From Nemertoderma westbladi (lineage: Eukaryota > Animalia > Xenacoelomorpha), in the NCBI GenBank assembly GCA_032718475.1, contig JAUCBJ010001936.1, positions 546 through 64,545 of the forward strand: 64,000 nt of DNA, written 5' to 3'. Positions 11,140 through 26,300 of this stretch are shown piece after piece. The notes under the pieces were generated by a model that was not told the DNA's origin, made no database searches, and saw only the letters and a list, made by a program, of their open reading frames with translations. A program made the translations under genes and the position numbers. Numbering within the stretch: position 1 is the first letter of the stretch; each line of letters opens with the position of its first letter.

Positions 11140-11760
11140 CATCTAGTTCTACTGTGCCACCACCATGCAATCCACAATTTGCTTGCTATGAACCAGTGCG
11201 CATTAAGAATGCTATGCCGGCTTGTCGACAAAGTTGCACCTCCAGAACTATTATCCGCATCTTCAGGACCAGTCAGTGGCCCCAAATGGGCGTCTGAAAT
11301 GGGCTGTCTACCATGCTTATTCACTCCATGAGGCCGCCAAAGCACAAGATTGTGCGCAGGTTGGTCCTCGGCGAAAGCAATAGCATGCGAAGCGGAGGCA
11401 GTTTTGATTAAGTGTCAAGCTTGGGGAACCAATGAGACACCTCCAATGTGATATAGTGTCTGGTTGGAGATGTGTGCATTGTGCTTTACACAGTGAACCC
11501 GACGTAGCATTCTTGTGAATGTGCCATCCCAAGATTTGGTGTCCTCAGCAGTTAGAACCCAGTATGGACCAGTATGAACCCAGGATGGTACACAGTACCC
11601 GATAGAGGAGTACTGGAACTACCGCTGCTCTAAATAATCGGACCTTAAGTTTCCGACGTATCGTACAGTCTGTGAATTCCAAATCCTGGAAACCCCATTC
11701 AATGCGGCCCATGCCTTCCCTTTATTACGTAGGTCTTCATCACACAACCTCTGGATCAAT
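11140..11760 (-). mobile_element. Degenerate 3' fragment of the same RTE-clade LINE
   Basis: Co-linear with 9360-9930. Its 3' UTR segment (ccacca..caatccacaatt) is shared with the copy near 935. Confidence 0.8.
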
Positions 11761-12223
11761 GATGGATTGAATCATTTTACGTTACATGGACTCTTCTCGG
11801 TTGATGTCATATTAATCACTTGTTCAGGACTAATTATATCTGTTTAAACCTCCGTAAAGAGTTGTGTTTGGAAAATTGAATTATATTTTTTACTCATATT
11901 CATAGATTGAATTCTGTCGTTCTATATTAAATTTGTATAATTATCAACATTTAATTATTGTTGCTACATTACGAGATATATTTCTGTAAAATTAACTCAT
12001 TTAAGACGGTTTATAGTAAACTTGTGGCTAAATATGTTTATTTTTCAGTTCGCATGTAAACTTCCTACAATTTGTGCCATGTGCGTGCATCAATGTATGT
12101 AATAATGTTAATATTATATGAATTACACTCACCCCACAACAATTAACTTATTATTATTAAAATGCTCTTCAACAAAATGTTCAGATAGATGGGAGAGAGT
12201 GAAGGGTGGGTGGGTAGGTATAG

Positions 12224-13148
12224 TAGAATTGAAACAGAGACTTGTAACTGATCTCTGGATTCTCCGGGCTATTTTTTGGTCTCCGGATAGGTCTCTGGTT
12301 CCCGGGTATTGAAAACACAGATTTTACCCAGAGATCAGTGATTTTACAAATTAGAAATAGATATTTAAAAATAGATCCTGTACAACACAAAATGTGAAAT
12401 GAAGATAATTTTTCACAAATTTTTTACAATTAATTATTTCTTTAATTTTTAACTATTTTTCATACACTGCTTCAACACAATTATATATTCACTTTTACAC
12501 TATTTCTAATAAATGTAATGTACCGATAATCTTCTATTTAATTAATTTAAGGTGCGTTTAATTTTAAGTTAAATTAGCACCTAAAGATGGTTCTTCGTTA
12601 AGGATAAGGGCGCTTAATTTGAGCACTCATAATGTTTAAAAGTGAAAGAAAGGGCTGATCTCCATTCAATTTGTTATAGGATAGATAATATGACGACCAA
12701 ATGAAGAGAACGAGCGTAACGAGGCTTGTAAATGGGGCGAGTAGAGTACTATACCTGTGCACTAAGTATTCGTAAATGACTAAGTTTATAGTATATTGAA
12801 ATATATATAATATGATTTGAACAATTGTAAAATAAGTGCCTTTAATTAACAAAGTACCTGTACCTATGGCGCAAAACAAATTAATGTAACATATTATTAA
12901 CAATAAAACAAAATAAGAACGAATTAATAAACAAATAACCAAATTAATATTAATTAATCCGCCCAAACTGTACGTGCGCTTATTTTCTTACAGTGCTATG
13001 TGCTATAGCGGAGTAATCAAATTGTAAGTAGAAAAATAAGCAAAGTCTCTGATCTCCGGCTCTGGTCTCCGGTATTTTTCAAAATAATTATCCGGGTGGG
13101 TCTCTGGTTCACCGGGATTAAGAAAAACAGGTCTCTGTTTCAACTCTA
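12224..13148. mobile_element. 925-bp non-autonomous hAT-like DNA transposon
   Basis: Imperfect 22-bp TIRs TAGAATTGAAACAGAGACTTGT and ACAGGTCTCTGTTTCAACTCTA. Subterminal (G/T)CTCCGG and GTCTCTGG repeats at both ends. Near-TSD GTAGGTA(TA)G / GTAGGTAG. Confidence 0.7.
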
Positions 13149-14391
13149 GTAGGTAGGTAGTAGGAAATACCTACAAGACACTAATTTGTTATTAAATATA
13201 TAATTTTAAAGTAAGTTGGATACAATAGAGTCCAGCCAGGATGGTATTTTGAAAAGTTATTTAACACGATGCGATGATTTAAAACAATGTTTAAGCAATA
13301 ACACGTCGGATTTACTAACATCTAGCAGAATAACCAACAACAATTGCACATGGAGTCAAAGTGTAATTAGGAATATTTCGGGTATCGTGTGAATTAAATT
13401 CTTCTTAAACGATAAACCGAAATAAAGTATTTAGCACAAACTAACATTGATCATAAAGCAATAATGCGGTGTAATAAGCGCTTTCTATTTAATAAATAAA
13501 TGAATATAACGAAACACACTGATAAACACAATCTACTATCGAAAAAATATACCGTTTATTGCTCTAATAAATATCGTCAATTAACAAATAGTTTAGAGAA
13601 TATTATAGATGGCTTAGTAGATAATTTAGTAATTAATAAGTTACACCTAATTACAATGCCAATGTTATAATTACAATTTCAATGTTAATGTCCTGATTCT
13701 ATGTTTTTTGTAGAAATGGGATGTAAGACTCGAATGTTTACCTTTTTAGTTTAATTAAAATTCCGTACGATGAAAAATAACTGATCAATACTAAATAGGT
13801 TTAGTTTTTTACATAAATAATTACAATTTATTGAAAAGCAGCGCACATACTGCAGATTACAAATATATTACGTTTTATAGCACTTTATATGAGCCTGACT
13901 CGAGTTTAATAAAATAAAGATAATCTGAAACAAAAACTATTAATCAATTCCGATTCAGTCTAGTTAACCTATCAAAAAAATAACTACCTCCCTGTCTAAC
14001 AATAATATAAACCAATTATTGTCAATCTAACGCGAACGAATAATACATGACTTAGAATACGCACCAAATTCTTACACTGTTACTTTTATTGGAATTTAAT
14101 TTTAATTTGGAAGCCTACAAAAATTATCAAAATATTACGGCAAGTGAAATTGGCGAGATGTTAAAACTTTAAATCACTAAATATTATTTAATTAAAAGTA
14201 AATTAGGCTAATTATTTGCCTATAAATTATATCAAATGACCCAACATTATTTATAAATGTAGCGATAAACAAATATTTACAAAAAAAACGGAATTTAGGC
14301 AAAACTACACCCTGGGTGTGGGGTGGGTATATTCTGAAGTTTTACTTGCTAACTTTTTATATATAAACATCGGTAGGGTCTATATTAATTA

Positions 14392-17300
14392 GTCAATCAG
14401 CGTGTAACTAACTACTTAACTAACCACGTGATCAATCAGTGTGTAACTAACTACTTAACTAACCACGTGATCAATCAGTGTGTAACTAACTACTTAACTA
14501 ACCACGTGATCAATCAGTGTGTAACTAACTACTTAACTAACCACGTGATCAATCAGTGTGTAACTAACTGCTTAACTAACCACGTGATCAATCAGTGTGT
14601 AACTAACTACTTAACTAACCACGTGATCAATCAGTGTGTAACTAACTGCTTAACTAACCACGTGATCAATCAGTGTGTAACTAACTGCTTAACTAACCAC
14701 GTGATCAATCAGTGTGTAACTAACTGCTTAACTAACCACGTGATCAATCAGTGTGTAACTAACTGCTTAACTAACCACGTGATCAATCAGTGTGTAACTA
14801 ACTGCTTAACTAACCACGTGATCAATCAGTGTGTAACTAACTGCTTAACTAACCACGTGATCAATCAGTGTGTAACTAACTGCTTAACTAACCACGTGAT
14901 CAATCAGTGTGTAACTAACTGCTTAACTAACCACGTGATCAATCAGTGTGTAACTAACTGCTTAACTAACCACGTGATCAATCAGTGTGTAACTAACTGC
15001 TTAACTAACCACGTGATCAATCAGTGTGTAACTAACTACTTAACTAACCACGTGATCAATCAGTGTGTAACTAACTACTTAACTGACCACGTGATCAATC
15101 AGTGTGTAACTAACTGCTTAACTAACCACGTGATCAATCAGTGTGTAACTAACTGCTTAACTAACCACGTGATCAATCAGTGTGTAACTAACTGCTTAAC
15201 TAACCACGTGATCAATCAGTGTGTAACTAACTGCTTAACTAACCACGTGATCAATCAGTGTGTAACTAACTGCTTAACTAACCACGTGATCAATCAGTGT
15301 GTAACTAACTGCTTAACTAACCACGTGATCAATCAGTGTGTAACTAACTGCTTAACTAACCACGTGATCAATCAGTGTGTAACTAACTGCTTAACTAACC
15401 ACGTGATCAATCAGTGTGTAACTAACTGCTTAACTAACCACGTGATCAATCAGTGTGTAACTAACTGCTTAACTAACCACGTGATCAATCAGAGTGTAAC
15501 TAACTGCTTAACTAACCACGTGATCAATCAGTGTGTAACTAACTGCTTAACTAACCACGTGATCAATCAGAGTGTAACTAACTGCTTAACTAACCACGTG
15601 ATCAATCAGTGTGTAACTAACTGCTTAACTAACCACGTGATCAATCAGAGTGTAACTAACTGCTTAACTAACCACGTGATCAATCAGAGTGTAACTAACT
15701 GCTTAACTAACCACGTGATCAATCAGAGTGTAACTAACTGCTTAACTAACCACGTGATCAATCAGAGTGTAACTAACTGCTTAACTAACCACGTGATCAA
15801 TCAGTGTGTAACTAACTGCTTAACTAACCACGTGATCAATCAGTGTGTAACTAACTGCTTAACTAACCACGTGATCAATCAGAGTGTAACTAACTGCTTA
15901 ACTAACCACGTGATCAATCAGAGTGTAACTAACTGCTTAACTAACCACGTGATCAATCAGTGTGTAACTAACTACTTAACTAACCACGTGATCAATCAGT
16001 GTGTAACTAACTACTTAACTGACCACGTGATCAATCAGTGTGTAACTAACTGCTTAACTAACCACGTGATCAATCAGTGTGTAACTAACTACTTAACTAA
16101 CCACGTGATCAATCAGTGTGTAACTAACTGCTTAACTAACCACGTGATCAATCAGTGTGTAACTAACTGCTTAACTAACCACGTGATCAATCAGAGTGTA
16201 ACTAACTGCTTAACTAACCACGTGATCAATCAGTGTGTAACTAACTGCTTAACTAACCACGTGATCAATCAGTGTGTAACTAACTACTTAACTAACCACG
16301 TGATCAATCAGTGTGTAACTAACTGCTTAACTAACCACGTGATCAATCAGTGTGTAACTAACTACTTAACTAACCACGTGATCAATCAGTGTGTAACTAA
16401 CTACTTAACTAACCACGTGATCAATCAGTGTGTAACTAACTGCTTAACTAACCACGTGATCAATCAGTGTGTAACTAACTGCTTAACTAACCACGTGATC
16501 AATCAGAGTGTAACTAACTGCTTAACTAACCACGTGATCAATCAGTGTGTAACTAACTGCTTAACTAACCACGTGATCAATCAGTGTGTAACTAACTACT
16601 TAACTAACCACGTGATCAATCAGTGTGTAACTAACTGCTTAACTAACCACGTGATCAATCAGTGTGTAACTAACTACTTAACTAACCACGTGATCAATCA
16701 GTGTGTAACTAACTACTTAACTAACCACGTGATCAATCAGTGTGTAACTAACTACTTAACTAACCACGTGATCAATCAGTGTGTAACTAACTACTTAACT
16801 AACCACGTGATCAATCAGTGTGTAACTAACTACTTAACTAACCACGTGATCAATCAGTGTGTAACTAACTACTTAACTAACCACGTGATCAATCAGTGTG
16901 TAACTAACTACTTAACTAACCACGTGATCAATCAGTGTGTAACTAACTGCTTAACTAACCACGTGATCAATCAGTGTGTAACTAACTACTTAACTAACCA
17001 CGTGATCAATCAGTGTGTAACTAACTACTTAACTAACCACGTGATCAATCAGTGTGTAACTAACTACTTAACTAACCACGTGATCAATCAGTGTGTAACT
17101 AACTACTTAACTAACCACGTGATCAATCAGTGTGTAACTAACTACTTAACTAACCACGTGATCAATCAGTGTGTAACTAACTACTTAACTAACCACGTGA
17201 TCAATCAGAGTGTAACTAACTGCTTAACTAACCACGTGATCAATCAGAGTGTAACTAACTGCTTAACTAACCACGTGATCAATCAGAGTGTAACTAACTA

Positions 17301-20300
17301 CTTAACTAACCACGTGATCAATCAGTGTGTAACTAACTACTTAACTAACCACGTGATCAATCAGTGTGTAACTAACTACTTAACTAACCACGTGATCAAT
17401 CAGTGTGTAACTAACTGCTTAACTAACCACGTGATCAATCAGTGTGTAACTAACTACTTAACTAACCACGTGATCAATCAGTGTGTAACTAACTACTTAA
17501 CTAACCACGTGATCAATCAGTGTGTAACTAACTACTTAACTAACCACGTGATCAATCAGTGTGTAACTAACTACTTAACTAACCACGTGATCAATCAGAG
17601 TGTAACTAACTACTTAACTAACCACGTGATCAATCAGTGTGTAACTAACTACTTAACTAACCACGTGATCAATCAGTGTGTAACTAACTGCTTAACTAAC
17701 CACGTGATCAATCAGTGTGTAACTAACTGCTTAACTAACCACGTGATCAATCAGTGTGTAACTAACTACTTAACTAACCACGTGATCAATCAGTGTGTAA
17801 CTAACTACTTAACTAACCACGTGATCAATCAGTGTGTAACTAACTACTTAACTAACCACGTGATCAATCAGTGTGTAACTAACTACTTAACTAACCACGT
17901 GATCAATCAGAGTGTAACTAACTACTTAACTAACCACGTGATCAATCAGTGTGTAACTAACTACTTAACTAACCACGTGATCAATCAGTGTGTAACTAAC
18001 TACTTAACTAACCACGTGATCAATCAGAGTGTAACTAACTACTTAACTAACCACGTGATCAATCAGTGTGTAACTAACTACTTAACTAACCACGTGATCA
18101 ATCAGTGTGTAACTAACTACTTAACTAACCACGTGATCAATCAGTGTGTAACTAACTACTTAACTAACCACGTGATCAATCAGTGTGTAACTAACTACTT
18201 AACTAACCACGTGATCAATCAGTGTGTAACTAACTACTTAACTAACCACGTGATCAATCAGTGTGTAACTAACTACTTAACTAACCACGTGATCAATCAG
18301 TGTGTAACTAACTACTTAACTAACCACGTGATCAATCAGAGTGTAACTAACTACTTAACTAACCACGTGATCAATCAGTGTGTAACTAACTACTTAACTA
18401 ACCACGTGATCAATCAGTGTGTAACTAACTACTTAACTAACCACGTGATCAATCAGTGTGTAACTAACTACTTAACTGACCACGTGATCAATCAGTGTGT
18501 AACTAACTGCTTAACTAACCACGTGATCAATCAGTGTGTAACTAACTACTTAACTAACCACGTGATCAATCAGAGTGTAACTAACTGCTTAACTAACCAC
18601 GTGATCAATCAGAGTGTAACTAACTGCTTAACTAACCACGTGATCAATCAGAGTGTAACTAACTACTTAACTAACCACGTGATCAATCAGTGTGTAACTA
18701 ACTACTTAACTAACCACGTGATCAATCAGTGTGTAACTAACTACTTAACTGACCACGTGATCAATCAGTGTGTAACTAACTGCTTAACTAACCACGTGAT
18801 CAATCAGTGTGTAACTAACTACTTAACTAACCACGTGATCAATCAGTGTGTAACTAACTACTTAACTAACCACGTGATCAATCAGTGTGTAACTAACTAC
18901 TTAACTAACCACGTGATCAATCAGTGTGTAACTAACTGCTTAACTAACCACGTGATCAATCAGTGTGTAACTAACTGCTTAACTAACCACGTGATCAATC
19001 AGAGTGTAACTAACTGCTTAACTAACCACGTGATCAATCAGAGTGTAACTAACTGCTTAACTAACCACGTGATCAATCAGTGTGTAACTAACTACTTAAC
19101 TAACCACGTGATCAATCAGTGTGTAACTAACTACTTAACTGACCACGTGATCAATCAGTGTGTAACTAACTGCTTAACTAACCACGTGATCAATCAGTGT
19201 GTAACTAACTACTTAACTAACCACGTGATCAATCAGTGTGTAACTAACTACTTAACTAACCACGTGATCAATCAGTGTGTAACTAACTACTTAACTAACC
19301 ACGTGATCAATCAGTGTGTAACTAACTACTTAACTGACCACGTGATCAATCAGTGTGTAACTAACTGCTTAACTAACCACGTGATCAATCAGTGTGTAAC
19401 TAACTGCTTAACTAACCACGTGATCAATCAGTGTGTAACTAACTACTTAACTAACCACGTGATCAATCAGTGTGTAACTAACTACTTAACTGACCACGTG
19501 ATCAATCAGTGTGTAACTAACTGCTTAACTAACCACGTGATCAATCAGTGTGTAACTAACTACTTAACTGACCACGTGATCAATCAGTGTGTAACTAACT
19601 GCTTAACTAACCACGTGATCAATCAGTGTGTAACTAACTACTTAACTAACCACGTGATCAATCAGTGTGTAACTAACTACTTAACTGACCACGTGATCAA
19701 TCAGTGTGTAACTAACTGCTTAACTAACCACGTGATCAATCAGTGTGTAACTAACTACTTAACTAACCACGTGATCAATCAGTGTGTAACTAACTACTTA
19801 ACTGACCACGTGATCAATCAGTGTGTAACTAACTGCTTAACTAACCACGTGATCAATCAGTGTGTAACTAACTGCTTAACTAACCACGTGATCAATCAGT
19901 GTGTAACTAACTACTTAACTAACCACGTGATCAATCAGTGTGTAACTAACTGCTTAACTAACCACGTGATCAATCAGTGTGTAACTAACTGCTTAACTAA
20001 CCACGTGATCAATCAGTGTGTAACTAACTGCTTAACTAACCACGTGATCAATCAGTGTGTAACTAACTACTTAACTGACCACGTGATCAATCAGTGTGTA
20101 ACTAACTGCTTAACTAACCACGTGATCAATCAGTGTGTAACTAACTACTTAACTAACCACGTGATCAATCAGTGTGTAACTAACTGCTTAACTAACCACG
20201 TGATCAATCAGTGTGTAACTAACTACTTAACTGACCACGTGATCAATCAGTGTGTAACTAACTGCTTAACTAACCACGTGATCAATCAGTGTGTAACTAA

Positions 20301-23300
20301 CTACTTAACTAACCACGTGATCAATCAGTGTGTAACTAACTACTTAACTGACCACGTGATCAATCAGTGTGTAACTAACTGCTTAACTAACCACGTGATC
20401 AATCAGTGTGTAACTAACTGCTTAACTAACCACGTGATCAATCAGTGTGTAACTAACTACTTAACTAACCACGTGATCAATCAGTGTGTAACTAACTACT
20501 TAACTGACCACGTGATCAATCAGTGTGTAACTAACTGCTTAACTAACCACGTGATCAATCAGTGTGTAACTAACTGCTTAACTAACCACGTGATCAATCA
20601 GTGTGTAACTAACTACTTAACTAACCACGTGATCAATCAGTGTGTAACTAACTACTTAACTGACCACGTGATCAATCAGTGTGTAACTAACTGCTTAACT
20701 AACCACGTGATCAATCAGTGTGTAACTAACTGCTTAACTAACCACGTGATCAATCAGTGTGTAACTAACTGCTTAACTAACCACGTGATCAATCAGTGTG
20801 TAACTAACTACTTAACTAACCACGTGATCAATCAGTGTGTAACTAACTACTTAACTGACCACGTGATCAATCAGTGTGTAACTAACTGCTTAACTAACCA
20901 CGTGATCAATCAGTGTGTAACTAACTACTTAACTAACCACGTGATCAATCAGTGTGTAACTAACTACTTAACTGACCACGTGATCAATCAGTGTGTAACT
21001 AACTGCTTAACTAACCACGTGATCAATCAGTGTGTAACTAACTGCTTAACTAACCACGTGATCAATCAGTGTGTAACTAACTACTTAACTAACCACGTGA
21101 TCAATCAGTGTGTAACTAACTGCTTAACTAACCACGTGATCAATCAGTGTGTAACTAACTGCTTAACTAACCACGTGATCAATCAGTGTGTAACTAACTA
21201 CTTAACTAACCACGTGATCAATCAGTGTGTAACTAACTACTTAACTAACCACGTGATCAATCAGTGTGTAACTAACTGCTTAACTAACCACGTGATCAAT
21301 CAGTGTGTAACTAACTACTTAACTAACCACGTGATCAATCAGTGTGTAACTAACTGCTTAACTAACCACGTGATCAATCAGTGTGTAACTAACTGCTTAA
21401 CTAACCACGTGATCAATCAGTGTGTAACTAACTACTTAACTAACCACGTGATCAATCAGTGTGTAACTAACTACTTAACTAACCACGTGATCAATCAGTG
21501 TGTAACTAACTACTTAACTAACCACGTGATCAATCAGTGTGTAACTAACTACTTAACTAACCACGTGATCAATCAGTGTGTAACTAACTACTTAACTAAC
21601 CACGTGATCAATCAGTGTGTAACTAACTACTTAACTAACCACGTGATCAATCAGTGTGTAACTAACTACTTAACTAACCACGTGATCAATCAGAGTGTAA
21701 CTAACTGCTTAACTAACCACGTGATCAATCAGTGTGTAACTAACTGCTTAACTAACCACGTGATCAATCAGAGTGTAACTAACTGCTTAACTAACCACGT
21801 GATCAATCAGTGTGTAACTAACTGCTTAACTAACCACGTGATCAATCAGAGTGTAACTAACTGCTTAACTAACCACGTGATCAATCAGTGTGTAACTAAC
21901 TGCTTAACTAACCACGTGATCAATCAGTGTGTAACTAACTGCTTAACTAACCACGTGATCAATCAGTGTGTAACTAACTGCTTAACTAACCACGTGATCA
22001 ATCAGTGTGTAACTAACTGCTTAACTAACCACGTGATCAATCAGTGTGTAACTAACTGCTTAACTAACCACGTGATCAATCAGTGTGTAACAAACTACTT
22101 AACTAACCACGTGATCAATCAGTGTGTAACTAACTGCTTAACTAACCACGTGATCAATCAGAGTGTAACTAACTGCTTAACTAACCACGTGATCAATCAG
22201 TGTGTAACTAACTGCTTAACTAACCACGTGATCAATCAGTGTGTAACTAACTGCTTAACTAACCACGTGATCAATCAGTGTGTAACTAACTGCTTAACTA
22301 ACCACGTGATCAATCAGTGTGTAACTAACTACTTAACTAACCACGTGATCAATCAGTGTGTAACTAACTACTTAACTAACCACGTGATCAATCAGTGTGT
22401 AACTAACTACTTAACTAACCACGTGATCAATCAGTGTGTAACTAACTACTTAACTAACCACGTGATCAATCAGTGTGTAACTAACTACTTAACTAACCAC
22501 GTGATCAATCAGTGTGTAACAAACTGCTTAACTAACCACGTGATCAATCAGTGTGTAACTAACTACTTAACTAACCACGTGATCAATCAGTGTGTAACTA
22601 ACTACTTAACTAACCACGTGATCAATCAGTGTGTAACAAACTGCTTAACTAACCACGTGATCAATCAGTGTGTAACTAACTACTTAACTAACCACGTGAT
22701 CAATCAGTGTGTAACTAACTGCTTAACTAACCACGTGATCAATCAGTGTGTAACTAACTACTTAACTAACCACGTGATCAATCAGTGTGTAACTAACTAC
22801 TTAACTAACCACGTGATCAATCAGTGTGTAACTAACTGCTTAACTAACCACGTGATCAATCAGTGTGTAACTAACTGCTTAACTAACCACGTGATCAATC
22901 AGTGTGTAACTAACTACTTAACTAACCACGTGATCAATCAGTGTGTAACTAACTGCTTAACTAACCACGTGATCAATCAGTGTGTAACTAACTACTTAAC
23001 TAACCACGTGATCAATCAGTGTGTAACTAACTACTTAACTAACCACGTGATCAATCAGTGTGTAACTAACTACTTAACTAACCACGTGATCAATCAGTGT
23101 GTAACTAACTGCTTAACTAACCACGTGATCAATCAGTGTGTAACTAACTGCTTAACTAACCACGTGATCAATCAGTGTGTAACTAACTGCTTAACTAACC
23201 ACGTGATCAATCAGTGTGTAACTAACTACTTAACTAACCACGTGATCAATCAGTGTGTAACAAACTGCTTAACTAACCACGTGATCAATCAGTGTGTAAC

Positions 23301-26300
23301 TAACTACTTAACTAACCACGTGATCAATCAGTGTGTAACAAACTACTTAACTGACCACGTGATCAATCAGTGTGTAACTAACTGCTTAACTAACCACGTG
23401 ATCAATCAGTGTGTAACTAACTACTTAACTGACCACGTGATCAATCAGTGTGTAACTAACTGCTTAACTAACCACGTGATCAATCAGTGTGTAACTAACT
23501 GCTTAACTAACCACGTGATCAATCAGTGTGTAACTAACTACTTAACTAACCACGTGATCAATCAGTGTGTAACAAACTACTTAACTAACCACGTGATCAA
23601 TCAGTGTGTAACAAACTACTTAACTAACCACGTGATCAATCAGTGTGTAACAAACTACTTAACTAACCACGTGATCAATCAGTGTGTAACTAACTGCTTA
23701 ACTAACCACGTGATCAATCAGAGTGTAACTAACTACTTAACTAACCACGTGATCAATCAGTGTGTAACAAACTACTTAACTAACCACGTGATCAATCAGT
23801 GTGTAACTAACTGCTTAACTAACCACGTGATCAATCAGTGTGTAACTAACTACTTAACTAACCACGTGATCAATCAGAGTGTAACTAACTACTTAACTAA
23901 CCACGTGATCAATCAGTGTGTAACTAACTGCTTAACTAACCACGTGATCAATCAGTGTGTAACTAACTGCTTAACTAACCACGTGATCAATCAGTGTGTA
24001 ACTAACTACTTAACTAACCACGTGATCAATCAGTGTGTAACAAACTACTTAACTAACCACGTGATCAATCAGTGTGTAACAAACTACTTAACTAACCACG
24101 TGATCAATCAGTGTGTAACAAACTACTTAACTAACCACGTGATCAATCAGTGTGTAACTAACTGCTTAACTAACCACGTGATCAATCAGTGTGTAACTAA
24201 CTGCTTAACTAACCACGTGATCAATCAGTGTGTAACTAACTGCTTAACTAACCACGTGATCAATCAGTGTGTAACAAACTACTTAACTAACCACGTGATC
24301 AATCAGTGTGTAACTAACTGCTTAACTAACCACGTGATCAATCAGTGTGTAACTAACTACTTAACTAACCACGTGATCAATCAGAGTGTAACTAACTGCT
24401 TAACTAACCACGTGATCAATCAGAGTGTAACTAACTGCTTAACTAACCACGTGATCAATCAGTGTGTAACTAACTGCTTAACTAACCACGTGATCAATCA
24501 GTGTGTAACTAACTACTTAACTAACCACGTGATCAATCAGTGTGTAACTAACTACTTAACTAACCACGTGATCAATCAGTGTGTAACTAACTGCTTAACT
24601 AACCACGTGATCAATCAGTGTGTAACTAACTACTTAACTAACCACGTGATCAATCAGTGTGTAACAAACTACTTAACTAACCACGTGATCAATCAGTGTG
24701 TAACAAACTACTTAACTAACCACGTGATCAATCAGTGTGTAACAAACTACTTAACTAACCACGTGATCAATCAGTGTGTAACTAACTACTTAACTAACCA
24801 CGTGATCAATCAGTGTGTAACTAACTACTTAACTAACCACGTGATCAATCAGTGTGTAACTAACTACTTAACTAACCACGTGATCAATCAGTGTGTAACT
24901 AACTGCTTAACTAACCACGTGATCAATCAGTGTGTAACTAACTACTTAACTAACCACGTGATCAATCAGAGTGTAACTAACTACTTAACTAACCACGTGA
25001 TCAATCAGTGTGTAACTAACTACTTAACTAACCACGTGATCAATCAGAGTGTAACTAACTGCTTAACTAACCACGTGATCAATCAGAGTGTAACTAACTG
25101 CTTAACTAACCACGTGATCAATCAGTGTGTAACTAACTGCTTAACTAACCACGTGATCAATCAGTGTGTAACAAACTACTTAACTAACCACGTGATCAAT
25201 CAGTGTGTAACTAACTGCTTAACTAACCACGTGATCAATCAGTGTGTAACTAACTACTTAACTAACCACGTGATCAATCAGAGTGTAACTAACTGCTTAA
25301 CTAACCACGTGATCAATCAGAGTGTAACTAACTGCTTAACTAACCACGTGATCAATCAGTGTGTAACTAACTGCTTAACTAACCACGTGATCAATCAGTG
25401 TGTAACAAACTACTTAACTAACCACGTGATCAATCAGTGTGTAACTAACTGCTTAACTAACCACGTGATCAATCAGTGTGTAACTAACTGCTTAACTAAC
25501 CACGTGATCAATCAGTGTGTAACTAACTACTTAACTAACCACGTGATCAATCAGTGTGTAACTAACTGCTTAACTAACCACGTGATCAATCAGTGTGTAA
25601 CAAACTACTTAACTAACCACGTGATCAATCAGTGTGTAACTAACTGCTTAACTAACCACGTGATCAATCAGTGTGTAACTAACTGCTTAACTAACCACGT
25701 GATCAATCAGTGTGTAACTAACTACTTAACTAACCACGTGATCAATCAGTGTGTAACTAACTGCTTAACTAACCACGTGATCAATCAGTGTGTAACTAAC
25801 TGCTTAACTAACCACGTGATCAATCAGTGTGTAACAAACTACTTAACTAACCACGTGATCAATCAGTGTGTAACTAACTACTTAACTAACCACGTGATCA
25901 ATCAGTGTGTAACAAACTACTTAACTAACCACGTGATCAATCAGTGTGTAACTAACTGCTTAACTAACCACGTGATCAATCAGTGTGTAACTAACTGCTT
26001 AACTAACCACGTGATCAATCAGTGTGTAACAAACTACTTAACTAACCACGTGATCAATCAGTGTGTAACTAACTGCTTAACTAACCACGTGATCAATCAG
26101 TGTGTAACTAACTGCTTAACTAACCACGTGATCAATCAGTGTGTAACTAACTGCTTAACTAACCACGTGATCAATCAGTGTGTAACTAACTGCTTAACTA
26201 ACCACGTGATCAATCAGTGTGTAACTAACTACTTAACTAACCACGTGATCAATCAGTGTGTAACTAACTGCTTAACTAACCACGTGATCAATCAGTGTGT

